IMG/VR virus record: IMGVR_UViG_3300042363_000940
Length of the DNA stretch: 64,000 bases
DNA from: a virus
Lineage: Duplodnaviria; Heunggongvirae; Uroviricota; Caudoviricetes
Strand: one strand, 5' to 3'
In this document: positions 1-8,585 of the stretch, piece after piece
Layout: each line of letters opens with the position of its first letter
Position numbering within the stretch: position 1 is the stretch's first letter
The notes under the pieces: model-generated
Told to the model about the DNA's origin: nothing
Seen by the model: the letters and a program-made list of their open reading frames with translations, nothing else
Database searches by the model: none
Translations under genes and position numbers: made by a program

Positions 1-61
1 CATCAAATCCTAATTCTTTTAAAGCTAATGCTTCTTGGTATGGCATAAATTCTTTTTCCAT
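1..61 (-). CDS. N-terminal fragment of a gene running off the window start (MEKEFMPYQEALALKELGFD...)
   Basis: ATG at 59-61 on the minus strand with an open frame to position 1; partial, no recognisable motif. Confidence 0.3.
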   Translation of the reverse strand, partial: MEKEFMPYQEALALKELGFD

Positions 62-250
62 TTTGTTTGTTGTTTAAGTTATATAATTTGTTAAATGTTT
101 TTTTGGTGCTTGTTAAATGTTTGTATAAATTTTTAGTAACGTTTCATGCACTTTGTCCAGTTAATTCATTAAAAGACTGGACATTACACGCCTTTAAATG
201 CTTAAGCCTATTGGCTTTTGTTAATTGTACCTATGGTACTTTGTTAATTG

Positions 251-329
251 TAGTCAGGGCCGGACTCGAACCGGATAAACAACCATTTTATTGGACTTGG
301 GCACCATCCCGCATTACGCCCACCTGACT
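251..329 (-). tRNA. tRNA gene, isotype undetermined, no encoded CCA
   Basis: Reverse complement has a 7-bp acceptor stem AGTCAGG/CCTGACT, U8, and a T-arm CCGG-TTCGAGT-CCGG (GGTTCGAGTCC box). Length is about 78 nt. No ORF in this interval. D and anticodon arms could not be folded cleanly by eye. Confidence 0.5.
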
Positions 330-513
330 ATATAACACCCTATTTTATCCAACTACAGGTGTTAAGGCTGTCCCTATTGCTAGGTTAGGAATAAACTTAT
401 TTAAATTAGATAGTCAATCTAAATAGAACCTTGTCCTATTAGCAGTTCCATATGAGGAATCACCTCACTTCTCATCGTATTGGACATACTATCCGGTGAT
501 TAACCGAATCGCG

Positions 514-634
514 TAGTCAGGACAGGAATCGAACCTATAACCAGTTTTCTAAGCCCTACGTGCAGGATTTTCACTGCCTCGTACTGGTGTCTAATCGAGC
601 ATACACAGCGTTTAACCAATTCCGCCACCTGACT
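514..634 (-). tRNA. tRNA-like gene, atypically long (about 120 nt), possibly carrying an insertion or intron
   Basis: Same acceptor stem AGTCAGG/CCTGACT as the neighbouring tRNA, and a T-arm ATAGG-TTCGATT-CCTGT. About 45 extra nt between the D region and T-arm contain internal hairpins. No ORF in this interval. Confidence 0.35.
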
Positions 635-1055
635 ATTTTTTCTTATTCTTCTTTAATTCTACCACCTTCTCATACTCCTCAGATTCAATTAAATTATCAA
701 TAACCATCTTTTCAAATATGTTTTTGTCACTTTCATTATCCGATAATTCGTGATGTGCACCACTTTTGAAAAGTTGGTACATACTTTCAAGTGACTTAGA
801 ATCGTTCTTCATTTGATAATTTAATGAATAGAGCATTAAAGAGTTTAATAAACCAAACCAAGTATGTTCAGATTCGGTAAATTCGGATTCGTCTTTACCT
901 TTGGATAATATTTTATTCCCAACTTCAAAGATATCATCAATATCAATTGGAGATTTTAATCTGACATCACTGTTTTCAATCAAATCAATCATAATCTGAG
1001 GTATGTGTGTATATTTTTTCATGGCACAAAGATAATCAATATATTCTAAAAACAA
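633..1055 (-). CDS. hypothetical protein (140 aa, acidic)
   Basis: ORF in the minus-strand gene array; no recognisable motif. Confidence 0.55.
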   Translation of the reverse strand: MFLEYIDYLCAMKKYTHIPQIMIDLIENSDVRLKSPIDIDDIFEVGNKILSKGKDESEFTESEHTWFGLLNSLMLYSLNYQMKNDSKSLESMYQLFKSGAHHELSDNESDKNIFEKMVIDNLIESEEYEKVVELKKNKKK

Positions 1056-1082
1056 AAAAATATTTTTTTGTTCATCAAAATG

Positions 1083-1712
1083 TTACTCGTCGTTTATTTT
1101 TAATTCAAATTTTTTAATTTTAAAAAATTTTTCAAAATATTCCCGTTTAAAGAGCCATCCACGAGTTTTTTTAAGGTTACCACCGGAAACGACGGACCAA
1201 ATATGTTCTTTGGCAAGGTTTATTATCCTTATTGGAGTATTAATCCAAATTTCACCAATAAAAACGTATATAGTGATAAAATAATCTGAGGTCGTAGCAA
1301 TAACTCCAGAATCTTGTTGTATACCATTTTCATCTTCGCATGAAATTTCTATAAACCCATTACCTGTATCTTTATCGGCAGATAATTGCCTCTCAAAATG
1401 TTGCATTTTTAATACCCTTTCATATTTACCGGGGTATGCCTTCAAGTCTAATTTTACTTCAAATTTTCTTATTTTCCCATACTTACTGGCAACAATGTCA
1501 AATTTCTTTAATTCACCAGTCGGTAAGTTAGTTCTAAAACATGATATAATAGTCCAACCATAATCAATTAATAGTTGAATAATAATTTTTTCACCAATAT
1601 CACCAACTCTACTATCTTTACTAAAAGAATAATCATTGGGGTATTGTTGCCTTAACCTACCCATTTTATGGATAAAATTATAATCATCTTCGGTTAAGTA
1701 AACTTTTTTCAT
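1083..1712 (-). CDS. hypothetical protein (209 aa); weak PD-(D/E)XK-like D...EVK pattern
   Basis: ORF preceded by the promoter-like motif at 1737-1749; motif FDIV...FEVKLD is only suggestive. Confidence 0.55.
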   Translation of the reverse strand: MKKVYLTEDDYNFIHKMGRLRQQYPNDYSFSKDSRVGDIGEKIIIQLLIDYGWTIISCFRTNLPTGELKKFDIVASKYGKIRKFEVKLDLKAYPGKYERVLKMQHFERQLSADKDTGNGFIEISCEDENGIQQDSGVIATTSDYFITIYVFIGEIWINTPIRIINLAKEHIWSVVSGGNLKKTRGWLFKREYFEKFFKIKKFELKINDE

Positions 1713-1736
1713 GGCACAAATATAATAGGTTATTTA

Positions 1737-1749
1737 GAATATTCCAAAT
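1737..1749 (-). promoter_or_regulatory. conserved promoter-like element (plus-strand GAATATTCCAAAT; minus-strand ATTTGGAATATTC)
   Basis: About 25-40 nt upstream of the minus-strand start at 1712; same motif at five further sites. Confidence 0.45.
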
Positions 1750-1845
1750 TATTCTTCAATGTTTTTTGATTTGAACCATAGGAGTATAACCCCCACGATT
1801 CCGTAGACAATTAAAAATGTCAATATGTGTTCAACGATTATCATA

Positions 1846-2115
1846 TTATTTTCCATCAAGATGAATGTCGGTTGCGTAATTCTTTTCCTTATTGAATAAA
1901 GGTTCTTGGTCTACCAACTCGTCATGTAGTGTCCAGTCATCATATGTTTTTTCACCATCGTTGAAACTCATATTATCTGAATTCTCTTTTAGGTATTCCA
2001 GCACCTGTTCTTCTTCCATACCCTGAAGTTCAGGATAGTTATCCGTGTCAATCTCAATTGATTTCTTTAGAATCCATGTGTGAAACCCTTCGCTTAATTG
2101 AATTTTTAGTTTCAT
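1846..2115 (-). CDS. hypothetical protein (89 aa)
   Basis: ORF abutting downstream gene. Confidence 0.45.
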   Translation of the reverse strand: MKLKIQLSEGFHTWILKKSIEIDTDNYPELQGMEEEQVLEYLKENSDNMSFNDGEKTYDDWTLHDELVDQEPLFNKEKNYATDIHLDGK

Positions 2116-2118
2116 AGT

Positions 2119-2382
2119 TTAAAAATTGTCCGTTGAATTCATTTTAATGTTCTCATCATATTTGGTTTTACCATAATGTTGAGCGTTAATTGTTTCACCG
2201 GTTGTTGTGAAGTAATGATGTTTACCCCCATCAAAGAATCGGTACATCTTTATACCATCCTTCTCGAATAGAAACTCAACTTGGAATCCATTACCCTCTG
2301 TTGTTGATGATTGTGGGTCCTTGTAACATCCTGTTAATAGAACACCCGCCAATAATAATCCTAATATTTTTTTCATTACCAA
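2119..2382 (-). CDS. putative lipoprotein (87 aa)
   Basis: N-terminus MVMKKILGLLLAGVLLTGC has a signal peptide plus lipobox LTGC. Confidence 0.55.
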   Translation of the reverse strand: MVMKKILGLLLAGVLLTGCYKDPQSSTTEGNGFQVEFLFEKDGIKMYRFFDGGKHHYFTTTGETINAQHYGKTKYDENIKMNSTDNF

Positions 2383-2609
2383 TTATCTAAGTCTGTTAAA
2401 TCTAATTCTGTTTTTGTGTTATGACTGTACACAACAATTTCACTACCAATACCCGTAGGGGTTACTTTCCATGTGAGTAGTCCGCACTCACCATAGATTG
2501 CCTTGATATGTGATTTCCACTCATTAAATTTATTTTGTTGCTCGTCGCTTAACTCAACAGTTATAGTGTTGTTTTTATTTTTCATAATACTTCGGTTAAT
2601 ACTCTCCAC
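2376..2609 (-). CDS. hypothetical protein (77 aa)
   Basis: ORF, 4-codon overlap with downstream gene. Confidence 0.45.
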   Translation of the reverse strand: MESINRSIMKNKNNTITVELSDEQQNKFNEWKSHIKAIYGECGLLTWKVTPTGIGSEIVVYSHNTKTELDLTDLDNW

Positions 2610-2965
2610 TCTTTTAATACGTTACCATCAAATATTACTTCAACGGGAATACCTTTTAGTTTATCAACACTACGTACCTTCGCGTCTTTAAGAAGTTTAG
2701 AAAGGAACCTCATAGTTTCTGAGTATCCTTTATCCCTATCTTCTTCTGTCCACTTACAGTGTTCACTCCACTTAATTGATTCAGCGTCCCAATTACCCTT
2801 GAAGTCTCCAACTGCCCAACCACCATCACCAAGAGTGATAGATAATCCAAGTTGAGAATCTTGATAACCACCAAGACCAAATTGTACCAATTCGATTTTA
2901 CCTAATTTCTTTTCCATATTTTTTTTATTTTTAGATTCCACGGAATAACCATGAAACAAATTCAA
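2582..2965 (-). CDS. hypothetical protein (127 aa)
   Basis: ORF in array. Confidence 0.5.
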   Translation of the reverse strand: MNLFHGYSVESKNKKNMEKKLGKIELVQFGLGGYQDSQLGLSITLGDGGWAVGDFKGNWDAESIKWSEHCKWTEEDRDKGYSETMRFLSKLLKDAKVRSVDKLKGIPVEVIFDGNVLKEWRVLTEVL

Positions 2966-3028
2966 TCATTAAGTAACACATCAAAGATATACTACCCAAC
3001 ACTAATAGTGTTGCTAAAATTTTATCTT

Positions 3029-3301
3029 TCATTTTACTTTAGGCATTAATTCACAATCAAATTTATAAAGTTCATTCACCACCGGAGTGTAACCCTTTAT
3101 TTTTGTTTTAATTACAATTTCTTTCCTATCCTCCAACATCAATCCAACAACCACACTATCATTCCATTGAAATGTCATAACATATGTAATCAGACCAGTG
3201 CACGATTTTGGTTTAACCTTTGTTTTTTCTTTTGGAACATCCTTAAAACTTGATAGTGTTACTATAACAACCATCAATAATAATGTGTGTTTTATTCTCA
3301 T
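3029..3301 (-). CDS. hypothetical secreted protein (90 aa)
   Basis: N-terminal hydrophobic signal-like segment MRIKHTLLLMVVIVTLSS. Confidence 0.5.
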   Translation of the reverse strand: MRIKHTLLLMVVIVTLSSFKDVPKEKTKVKPKSCTGLITYVMTFQWNDSVVVGLMLEDRKEIVIKTKIKGYTPVVNELYKFDCELMPKVK

Positions 3302-3307
3302 GTTGTT

Positions 3308-3490
3308 TTATTGACCAATCTGTTCACCAATCTGTATTGATAACGCCGCAATGAATGAAACTAACGCGATTCCACCAAATACCATTCTAACAATAAATCG
3401 AACCTTGCGGTTTTTAATGTTATCAACCAACACCCACATCGATAATAAAAATACCCAACCAATAATGTTTAAAAATGTTACTGTTAACAT
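3308..3490 (-). CDS. small membrane protein (60 aa)
   Basis: two hydrophobic helices. Confidence 0.4.
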   Translation of the reverse strand: MLTVTFLNIIGWVFLLSMWVLVDNIKNRKVRFIVRMVFGGIALVSFIAALSIQIGEQIGQ

Positions 3491-3491
3491 A

Positions 3492-3674
3492 TTATTTTCT
3501 TAGTTCGTTTAGTTTATCTGAAAGTAAGTCAACCTCAGTTTTTGTTTCGAGTTCTCCTTCTTCATTTATTTTACCCCACGTTTTTATTAAATTACCCGAT
3601 ATGATTTCATCAAACGTTAATCCACTGTAACTACTGTACTGTGAAATTGTGCCCAATATAGATTCTGTTTCCAT
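3492..3674 (-). CDS. hypothetical protein (60 aa)
   Basis: ORF abutting neighbours. Confidence 0.4.
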   Translation of the reverse strand: METESILGTISQYSSYSGLTFDEIISGNLIKTWGKINEEGELETKTEVDLLSDKLNELRK

Positions 3675-3797
3675 AATATTTTATTCTTTTAATTTGTTAG
3701 CAACCCATTCAGGGTCATTTTTAAATTCTTTCCATGTGTCGAAGTCCTTCAACGACTCAATGATTTCTAATAATCTATCTATTGTATCCATAATATT

Positions 3798-4730
3798 TTA
3801 AAAAGGTAACGAGTCATTATCATAAATTTCCGATGCTCGGTTTGTTTCATCATCTAATCTTCTCATTATTTCCTCAACCCTAATTCTTTCCTGCCATTGA
3901 AGTCCTTCATTTCGTTCTTGATATTGTTGTTCTTGATTTAATTCATTGGCAATTCTTCTAACATCATCAATATCAATATCATCACGAAAATGTGGAGGTA
4001 ATGGTGCATTTTGTTTTTTACTTTGTTGTATGGTTACCGCGATTCCATGGTTTTTTGCCAATTCAATAACTGACTCTCTTTTTTTAACCTCCTCAATCAA
4101 CACACCCATAACTTCATTTGGTATTGACCATAACATTGGATTACTTTCCTTGTCGTTGGCCAACCATCCCTGTACTTTATCTTCGGTTGTTGAAGATGAT
4201 ACCGCATATTTTACATTACTCTTCTTATTGATGATGTAAATCAATTTGTATTTTGATTTGTAATCGTCCCAATGTCTCTCCTGGGTTGTACACCACTTCG
4301 TATTTGCACCATACATCTTTGATGCCTCAAATGATAATGGAATTATAACCAACCAAAAATCGGTTTCATATAATTTCTTAACCTGTTTCTCAAGTTCCTT
4401 TAGTTTAACAACATCATCCGCTCGGTTTACTTCCTTCTTGATGTCATTAAAATTTTTATAATGACTAATGTCGGGATTACTCAAACGGTTTGCTCGAGAA
4501 TGTTTTTCAAAATCAATAAGTAATGCCAAATTTTCATATTCGAATAGTTTAATTACTATACTCCTATGTAACGCCTGAACATCTCCCTTCTTATAGTACT
4601 CGTTTTTGAGTATCTTGATAAGAAACCCCATATACTTGTAGGTCTCTGATGGTTCAACTGATGCAATAATGTCAATCAGTGAAACATTTAATTCCGGATG
4701 TTGTTCTTTTAACTTATCTAATCTTGACAT
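3798..4730 (-). CDS. large hypothetical protein, paralog A of the TKWCTTQE family (310 aa)
   Basis: Shares the block FWLVIIPLSFEASKMYGANTKWCTTQE...LIYIINK with the ORF at 19064-20083 (DDEWIVLRPLTYHSSRKYGSSTKWCTTQE...LLYMINK). Confidence 0.7.
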   Translation of the reverse strand: MSRLDKLKEQHPELNVSLIDIIASVEPSETYKYMGFLIKILKNEYYKKGDVQALHRSIVIKLFEYENLALLIDFEKHSRANRLSNPDISHYKNFNDIKKEVNRADDVVKLKELEKQVKKLYETDFWLVIIPLSFEASKMYGANTKWCTTQERHWDDYKSKYKLIYIINKKSNVKYAVSSSTTEDKVQGWLANDKESNPMLWSIPNEVMGVLIEEVKKRESVIELAKNHGIAVTIQQSKKQNAPLPPHFRDDIDIDDVRRIANELNQEQQYQERNEGLQWQERIRVEEIMRRLDDETNRASEIYDNDSLPF

Positions 4731-4732
4731 AT

Positions 4733-5032
4733 CTACTTAGGTATTCTATCCAACACTCTTTCCACCATATCTTCTCTTATCCGATAGTTGTTTTCATTGT
4801 CGAATGACTGTTGCGATATGTACTCACCGGCACGATTCTTAAACCTCGCGTAGATACCATTACTTTGGTGGGTAAAACCATTCGTCTCCAAATAATCTTT
4901 AACATAATCCTTACCACTAAATCCTTGTTGTTTAACGGTTACGAAAAAAAGTCTATCCGCAAAACTAATCGATACATCCGAAAACTTTATGTATGAATGT
5001 AGGTGTTCGTGTACTTGAATGTTACTATCCAT
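4733..5032 (-). CDS. hypothetical protein (99 aa)
   Basis: ORF with the promoter-like motif 37 nt upstream (5069-5081). Confidence 0.5.
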   Translation of the reverse strand: MDSNIQVHEHLHSYIKFSDVSISFADRLFFVTVKQQGFSGKDYVKDYLETNGFTHQSNGIYARFKNRAGEYISQQSFDNENNYRIREDMVERVLDRIPK

Positions 5033-5068
5033 GATGGTTTATTTTTATAAAGGATAAGAAATTTTTCC

Positions 5069-5081
5069 GAATATTCCAAAT
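5069..5081 (-). promoter_or_regulatory. conserved promoter-like element
   Basis: TCCGAATATTCCAAATT, 37 nt upstream of the start at 5032. Confidence 0.45.
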
Positions 5082-5084
5082 TGT

Positions 5085-5822
5085 TTACCAATAACCCACA
5101 TCTTTTTTAAAGAAATCGTTATTGCCCCTGTTTCTGTAACTCTTAATGAGTAACTTAATCATACCAAAATACCCCATCTTTTTAAACCTCCTATCATCTT
5201 GACCAATATAGTGATTTGAAATTTTAAAGTTTTCGGGGTAAAACTTCTTACTCAATACATAATCCTCAGAGTGATTTAATGTTTCATCAAACCCACCGAA
5301 AAGATTAAACATCTTTCTATCAACCATGAAATAGGTTCCAACTGCAAAGGGGGTGACCTTACTAACAAAGTAATTCACGATATTAAACATTTTAAACATA
5401 AGTGAAGTTCTAAAATCATTACCATATGATTCTAATTTACAGGTTAATAGTTGTAATTCCCTCTCTTCCATTTCATTTAATGTATTTTTAATGGTATGGG
5501 AGTCATCTAAAATTACATCACCGTCAATGAATAAGATATATTTGGTATCAACCAATTTTGCCCCATTGTTTCGACCAACTGATACGGTACCCCCATCAAT
5601 CAATTCTATCTTTAGTTTCTTCTGATAAAAGAATGATTGTTTTTTAATTACCTTTCGAGTTCCATCATTACTATGATTGTCCGCAATTATCACTCTTGTT
5701 CCCCGTATACCGGTTTGGTTATGTATTGAATGTAATGTACGCTCAATGTAATTTGCTTCGTTATATGTTGGGATAACGATTGTAAGGTTATTTTTTATTG
5801 AAGTGTTTTGTGAATTTGCCAT
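5085..5822 (-). CDS. family-2 glycosyltransferase (GT-A fold)
   Basis: N-terminal TIVIPTYNEANYIERTL...IIADNHSNDGT and a DXD motif FIDGDVILDD. Confidence 0.8.
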   Translation of the reverse strand: MANSQNTSIKNNLTIVIPTYNEANYIERTLHSIHNQTGIRGTRVIIADNHSNDGTRKVIKKQSFFYQKKLKIELIDGGTVSVGRNNGAKLVDTKYILFIDGDVILDDSHTIKNTLNEMEERELQLLTCKLESYGNDFRTSLMFKMFNIVNYFVSKVTPFAVGTYFMVDRKMFNLFGGFDETLNHSEDYVLSKKFYPENFKISNHYIGQDDRRFKKMGYFGMIKLLIKSYRNRGNNDFFKKDVGYW

Positions 5823-6480
5823 TGTTATAAATTATATATGAATTATTTTCTATCCAGTCACCGCAATTGACGTATTCAATATCGTCGATGACTTTTATTA
5901 TGGGATGATGAATATGCCCACAGACAACTTTGGTACAGTTTCTTTTTTTCGCTTGGTAAACTATTTGGTCCTCAAAGGATGTGATGAATTTAACCGCCTC
6001 CTTTACTTTATCCTTTAAGAACTTAGATAAAGAACGTTTAAACCCCAATCTTTTAAGGTATCTATCAACTACAATTGCCAAATCGTAACCGACGGAACCA
6101 AGAACACCCAACCATTTTAATTTTACAACACCATCATATAGGTCTCCATGTGTGATGAAAATATCTTTGTAAATGTATTCATTGTGAAATTCGATATTCC
6201 CAAATGATAAGTCATCATAATCCCTCAAGAACTCATCATGATTACCAGTGATGTAAATTACTTTCGTACCATTTTTTGAATAGGATAGAATTTTTCTTAT
6301 TAAGTTGGTGTAAGATTGTTTCCAGTAAAATCTCTTTTTTAATAACCAACCATCAATTATGTCACCAACCAAGAAAAGGTATTCCGGTTGATATTTTTTT
6401 AAGGTCTCAAGGACCTCTTCAGCATTACATCCCTTTGAACCGAGGTGAACATCTGAAATTAATAACGCTTCAATTTTTTT
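5788..6480 (-). CDS. LpxH-like calcineurin-type metallophosphoesterase (UDP-2,3-diacylglucosamine pyrophosphatase-like)
   Basis: Motifs LISDVHLG, LFLVGDIIDGWL, ITGNHDE. Start trimmed to MKKIEALL (ATG at 6480), which abuts the upstream gene. Confidence 0.6.
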   Translation of the reverse strand, partial: KKIEALLISDVHLGSKGCNAEEVLETLKKYQPEYLFLVGDIIDGWLLKKRFYWKQSYTNLIRKILSYSKNGTKVIYITGNHDEFLRDYDDLSFGNIEFHNEYIYKDIFITHGDLYDGVVKLKWLGVLGSVGYDLAIVVDRYLKRLGFKRSLSKFLKDKVKEAVKFITSFEDQIVYQAKKRNCTKVVCGHIHHPIIKVIDDIEYVNCGDWIENNSYIIYNNGKFTKHFNKK

Positions 6481-6484
6481 CATT

Positions 6485-7210
6485 TTAAAATAGTTTTCCT
6501 TGTATGTATTCCATTGCTCTTCTATACCTACTGATTGGTTTGTGTTCCTCACCATCTAAGAACTTCTCCAATACTCTCTTTACATTAATCTCTTCGGGGT
6601 CATAGATGTCTCTAACAATATTATTCCCGTCAATTATGTGTGGTCGGGCGTAGTATGTTAACTTCTTAAATGAATCACCGTACTTGTGAAACTGTTCTTT
6701 GAATAACTCGGACGCCATCTCTTTAATTTTGATTTTAAATTGATAGTACTCGTCACCAATCTCTTTAGTCCACCCGTATTCCCAACTGGTAAACAAATAA
6801 ACTTTCTTTTCTGATTTGTGGAAGAACGTAATGATTTTATCTTCTCCCGGTGAACCGGTGTTCCACTCTATCTTTTCTTCGTTGTTAGATTTATCTTCAA
6901 TACCAAAGATTCCATTTGGTGTTACGAACAAATAATCAGGAGATGACTTACTTCCGAATGGTTCGTGAATAACAAAGTATCCACCGCCCAATTTATCGGA
7001 GGTGAATACACTGTGGTCGTATTTGAAATAGAAGTTTTTTAATTCGTCTTTATTCTTCTTATCTTCAATGTAGAATTGACCGTCTTTCAACCATGGTAAT
7101 TCTAAGAACTTGGTCATCGTAAATGATTCTCTCTCTTTACTGTTCCAATCGTTCTCAATCTCGTTAACTATACCTGATAGTATACCTTTCAATTCTTCAC
7201 TTTTTTTCAT
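6485..7210 (-). CDS. hypothetical protein (241 aa)
   Basis: ORF in array. Confidence 0.55.
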   Translation of the reverse strand: MKKSEELKGILSGIVNEIENDWNSKERESFTMTKFLELPWLKDGQFYIEDKKNKDELKNFYFKYDHSVFTSDKLGGGYFVIHEPFGSKSSPDYLFVTPNGIFGIEDKSNNEEKIEWNTGSPGEDKIITFFHKSEKKVYLFTSWEYGWTKEIGDEYYQFKIKIKEMASELFKEQFHKYGDSFKKLTYYARPHIIDGNNIVRDIYDPEEINVKRVLEKFLDGEEHKPISRYRRAMEYIQGKLF

Positions 7211-7419
7211 TAAGATTCTCTTTCTTTTCTATCTATGTATCTATGTACAATAATTAACAATATCATTACGATTATACTTTGCTGTGCTGGTATTGGTAAA
7301 AACATCACTAACGCCATGCAGATACCATAAAGAAAATCGTTCCAATCCTTCTTGATGAGTGACCCTAAAATATAGAGACCCCATATAATTCCAATCACTA
7401 TGTTGAAGACTACTAACAT
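7210..7419 (-). CDS. small membrane protein (69 aa)
   Basis: Two transmembrane segments. The promoter-like motif at 7445-7457 sits upstream, which favours this frame over the overlapping 7241-7477 ORF. Confidence 0.4.
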   Translation of the reverse strand: MLVVFNIVIGIIWGLYILGSLIKKDWNDFLYGICMALVMFLPIPAQQSIIVMILLIIVHRYIDRKERES

Positions 7420-7444
7420 TGTTCCAAATATAAAAGATTATTTT

Positions 7445-7457
7445 GAATATTCCAAAT
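7445..7457 (-). promoter_or_regulatory. conserved promoter-like element
   Basis: TTTGAATATTCCAAAT upstream of the start at 7419. Confidence 0.45.
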
Positions 7458-7513
7458 AATACCCTGATTTTTTTCAAAATCGGTATATATATGGATTATA
7501 AAAACTTATAACA

Positions 7514-7918
7514 TTGGACAAAATAGAAGTATTTGAACCCTATCATCAACACCTATTATTAAAGTGTTGGATGACTAATCCTCCTAAGAAGGAAGAACAA
7601 CTAAATAAATGGTTTATACACCTCGTAGATTCGGTTGGAATGAGGGTAGTTGCTGGGCCAACCAGTGTCTATGTATCCGACCCAGGTAATGAGGGGTTAA
7701 CGGGAACCGTAACATTAGCCACATCACACGGGTCAATACACATTTGGGACCATTATGAGTTACCAATGGCACAGTTTGACATCTACAGTTGTAAATGTTT
7801 TAACTTGGGTACCGTATTAAAGTGTTTTGAACCTTTCGGTATGGTAAAGGCAGAATGGGTTATGATTGACAGGAATGGTAGTCCTGTAATCACCGAATCG
7901 GGAGTGTGGGAAGGTTAA
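7514..7918 (+). CDS. S-adenosylmethionine decarboxylase (SpeD/class 1b)-like pyruvoyl-dependent decarboxylase
   Basis: Motif TVTLATSHGSIHIWDHYEL aligns with the SpeD self-cleavage region VxxxESHxxIHTWPE; the size (134 aa) fits the small bacterial/archaeal form; Glu is replaced by Thr before the Ser. Confidence 0.7.
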   Translation: MDKIEVFEPYHQHLLLKCWMTNPPKKEEQLNKWFIHLVDSVGMRVVAGPTSVYVSDPGNEGLTGTVTLATSHGSIHIWDHYELPMAQFDIYSCKCFNLGTVLKCFEPFGMVKAEWVMIDRNGSPVITESGVWEG

Positions 7919-8005
7919 TTTATTTATATTTTCCGAATAAATCTATGTAATATTGGTGGTGTTCTCAATATAGGGGCGGTGATATTTATATATAAATAAA
8001 AAATT

Positions 8006-8566
8006 ATGGGTGGAGATATACGTAAAATGATTGATAAAGTAAAAAACTTTAAACATTTTGTGAATGAAAGATTGGAATTAGGTAGTCAAGAAAGAATTCA
8101 TCTAAGTAAAACACCAATTGATAAAATTGAAAACGGAGTTAAAAATCAAGATGTTCACGGAAAACCGGGAGGTTTATGGTATGGATTCGGTGATAATTGG
8201 ATTAATTTTAAAAAATATGGTGTTACTTGGGATACCAAGGAAAACGTACCATTAAAGGGTGTGATGAATAGTGAGGTTTATATTTATAAATTATATTTAG
8301 ATATGAGTGAAATTATGATTCTGAATACAGAAGATTTATTTAAAGAGTTTACAGAAAAATATAGTACACACCAAAATTATCCACACAATATTAATTGGGA
8401 TTTAGTTTCAAAAAAATATAAAGGTATCGAGTTTCCAAATTATGAAGAGATTGGTGTTAGAAATTTACATCAAGAATCAAAAGAATATTATTGGGCATAT
8501 ACCATTGATGCAAATTCTGGTTGCATTTGGGATGTATCAGCAATAAAAAAATTTAGATTATTATAA
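8006..8566 (+). CDS. hypothetical protein (186 aa)
   Basis: ORF preceded by the AT-rich TTTATATATAAATAAAAAATT element. Confidence 0.55.
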   Translation: MGGDIRKMIDKVKNFKHFVNERLELGSQERIHLSKTPIDKIENGVKNQDVHGKPGGLWYGFGDNWINFKKYGVTWDTKENVPLKGVMNSEVYIYKLYLDMSEIMILNTEDLFKEFTEKYSTHQNYPHNINWDLVSKKYKGIEFPNYEEIGVRNLHQESKEYYWAYTIDANSGCIWDVSAIKKFRLL

Positions 8567-8585
8567 AAAATTGTGGATGAAGATA

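Noticed and set aside
67-327. Plus-strand ORF (86 aa) overlapping the tRNA region
   Set aside because: Overlaps the tRNA-like gene at 251-329 and has no RBS or coding-like composition; almost certainly spurious
3946-4239. Plus-strand ORF antisense to the 3798-4730 gene, and similar antisense ORFs (4811-4996, 6276-6488, 8977-9189, 12535-13497, 14111-14584, 20146-20418, 32538-34040, 36489-36852, 37955-38221)
   Set aside because: All are embedded antisense in better-supported, motif-bearing genes and have low-complexity translations
7241-7477. Alternative 78-aa ORF overlapping 7210-7419
   Set aside because: It contains the conserved promoter-like motif inside its coding sequence; the shorter two-transmembrane ORF downstream of the motif is more plausible
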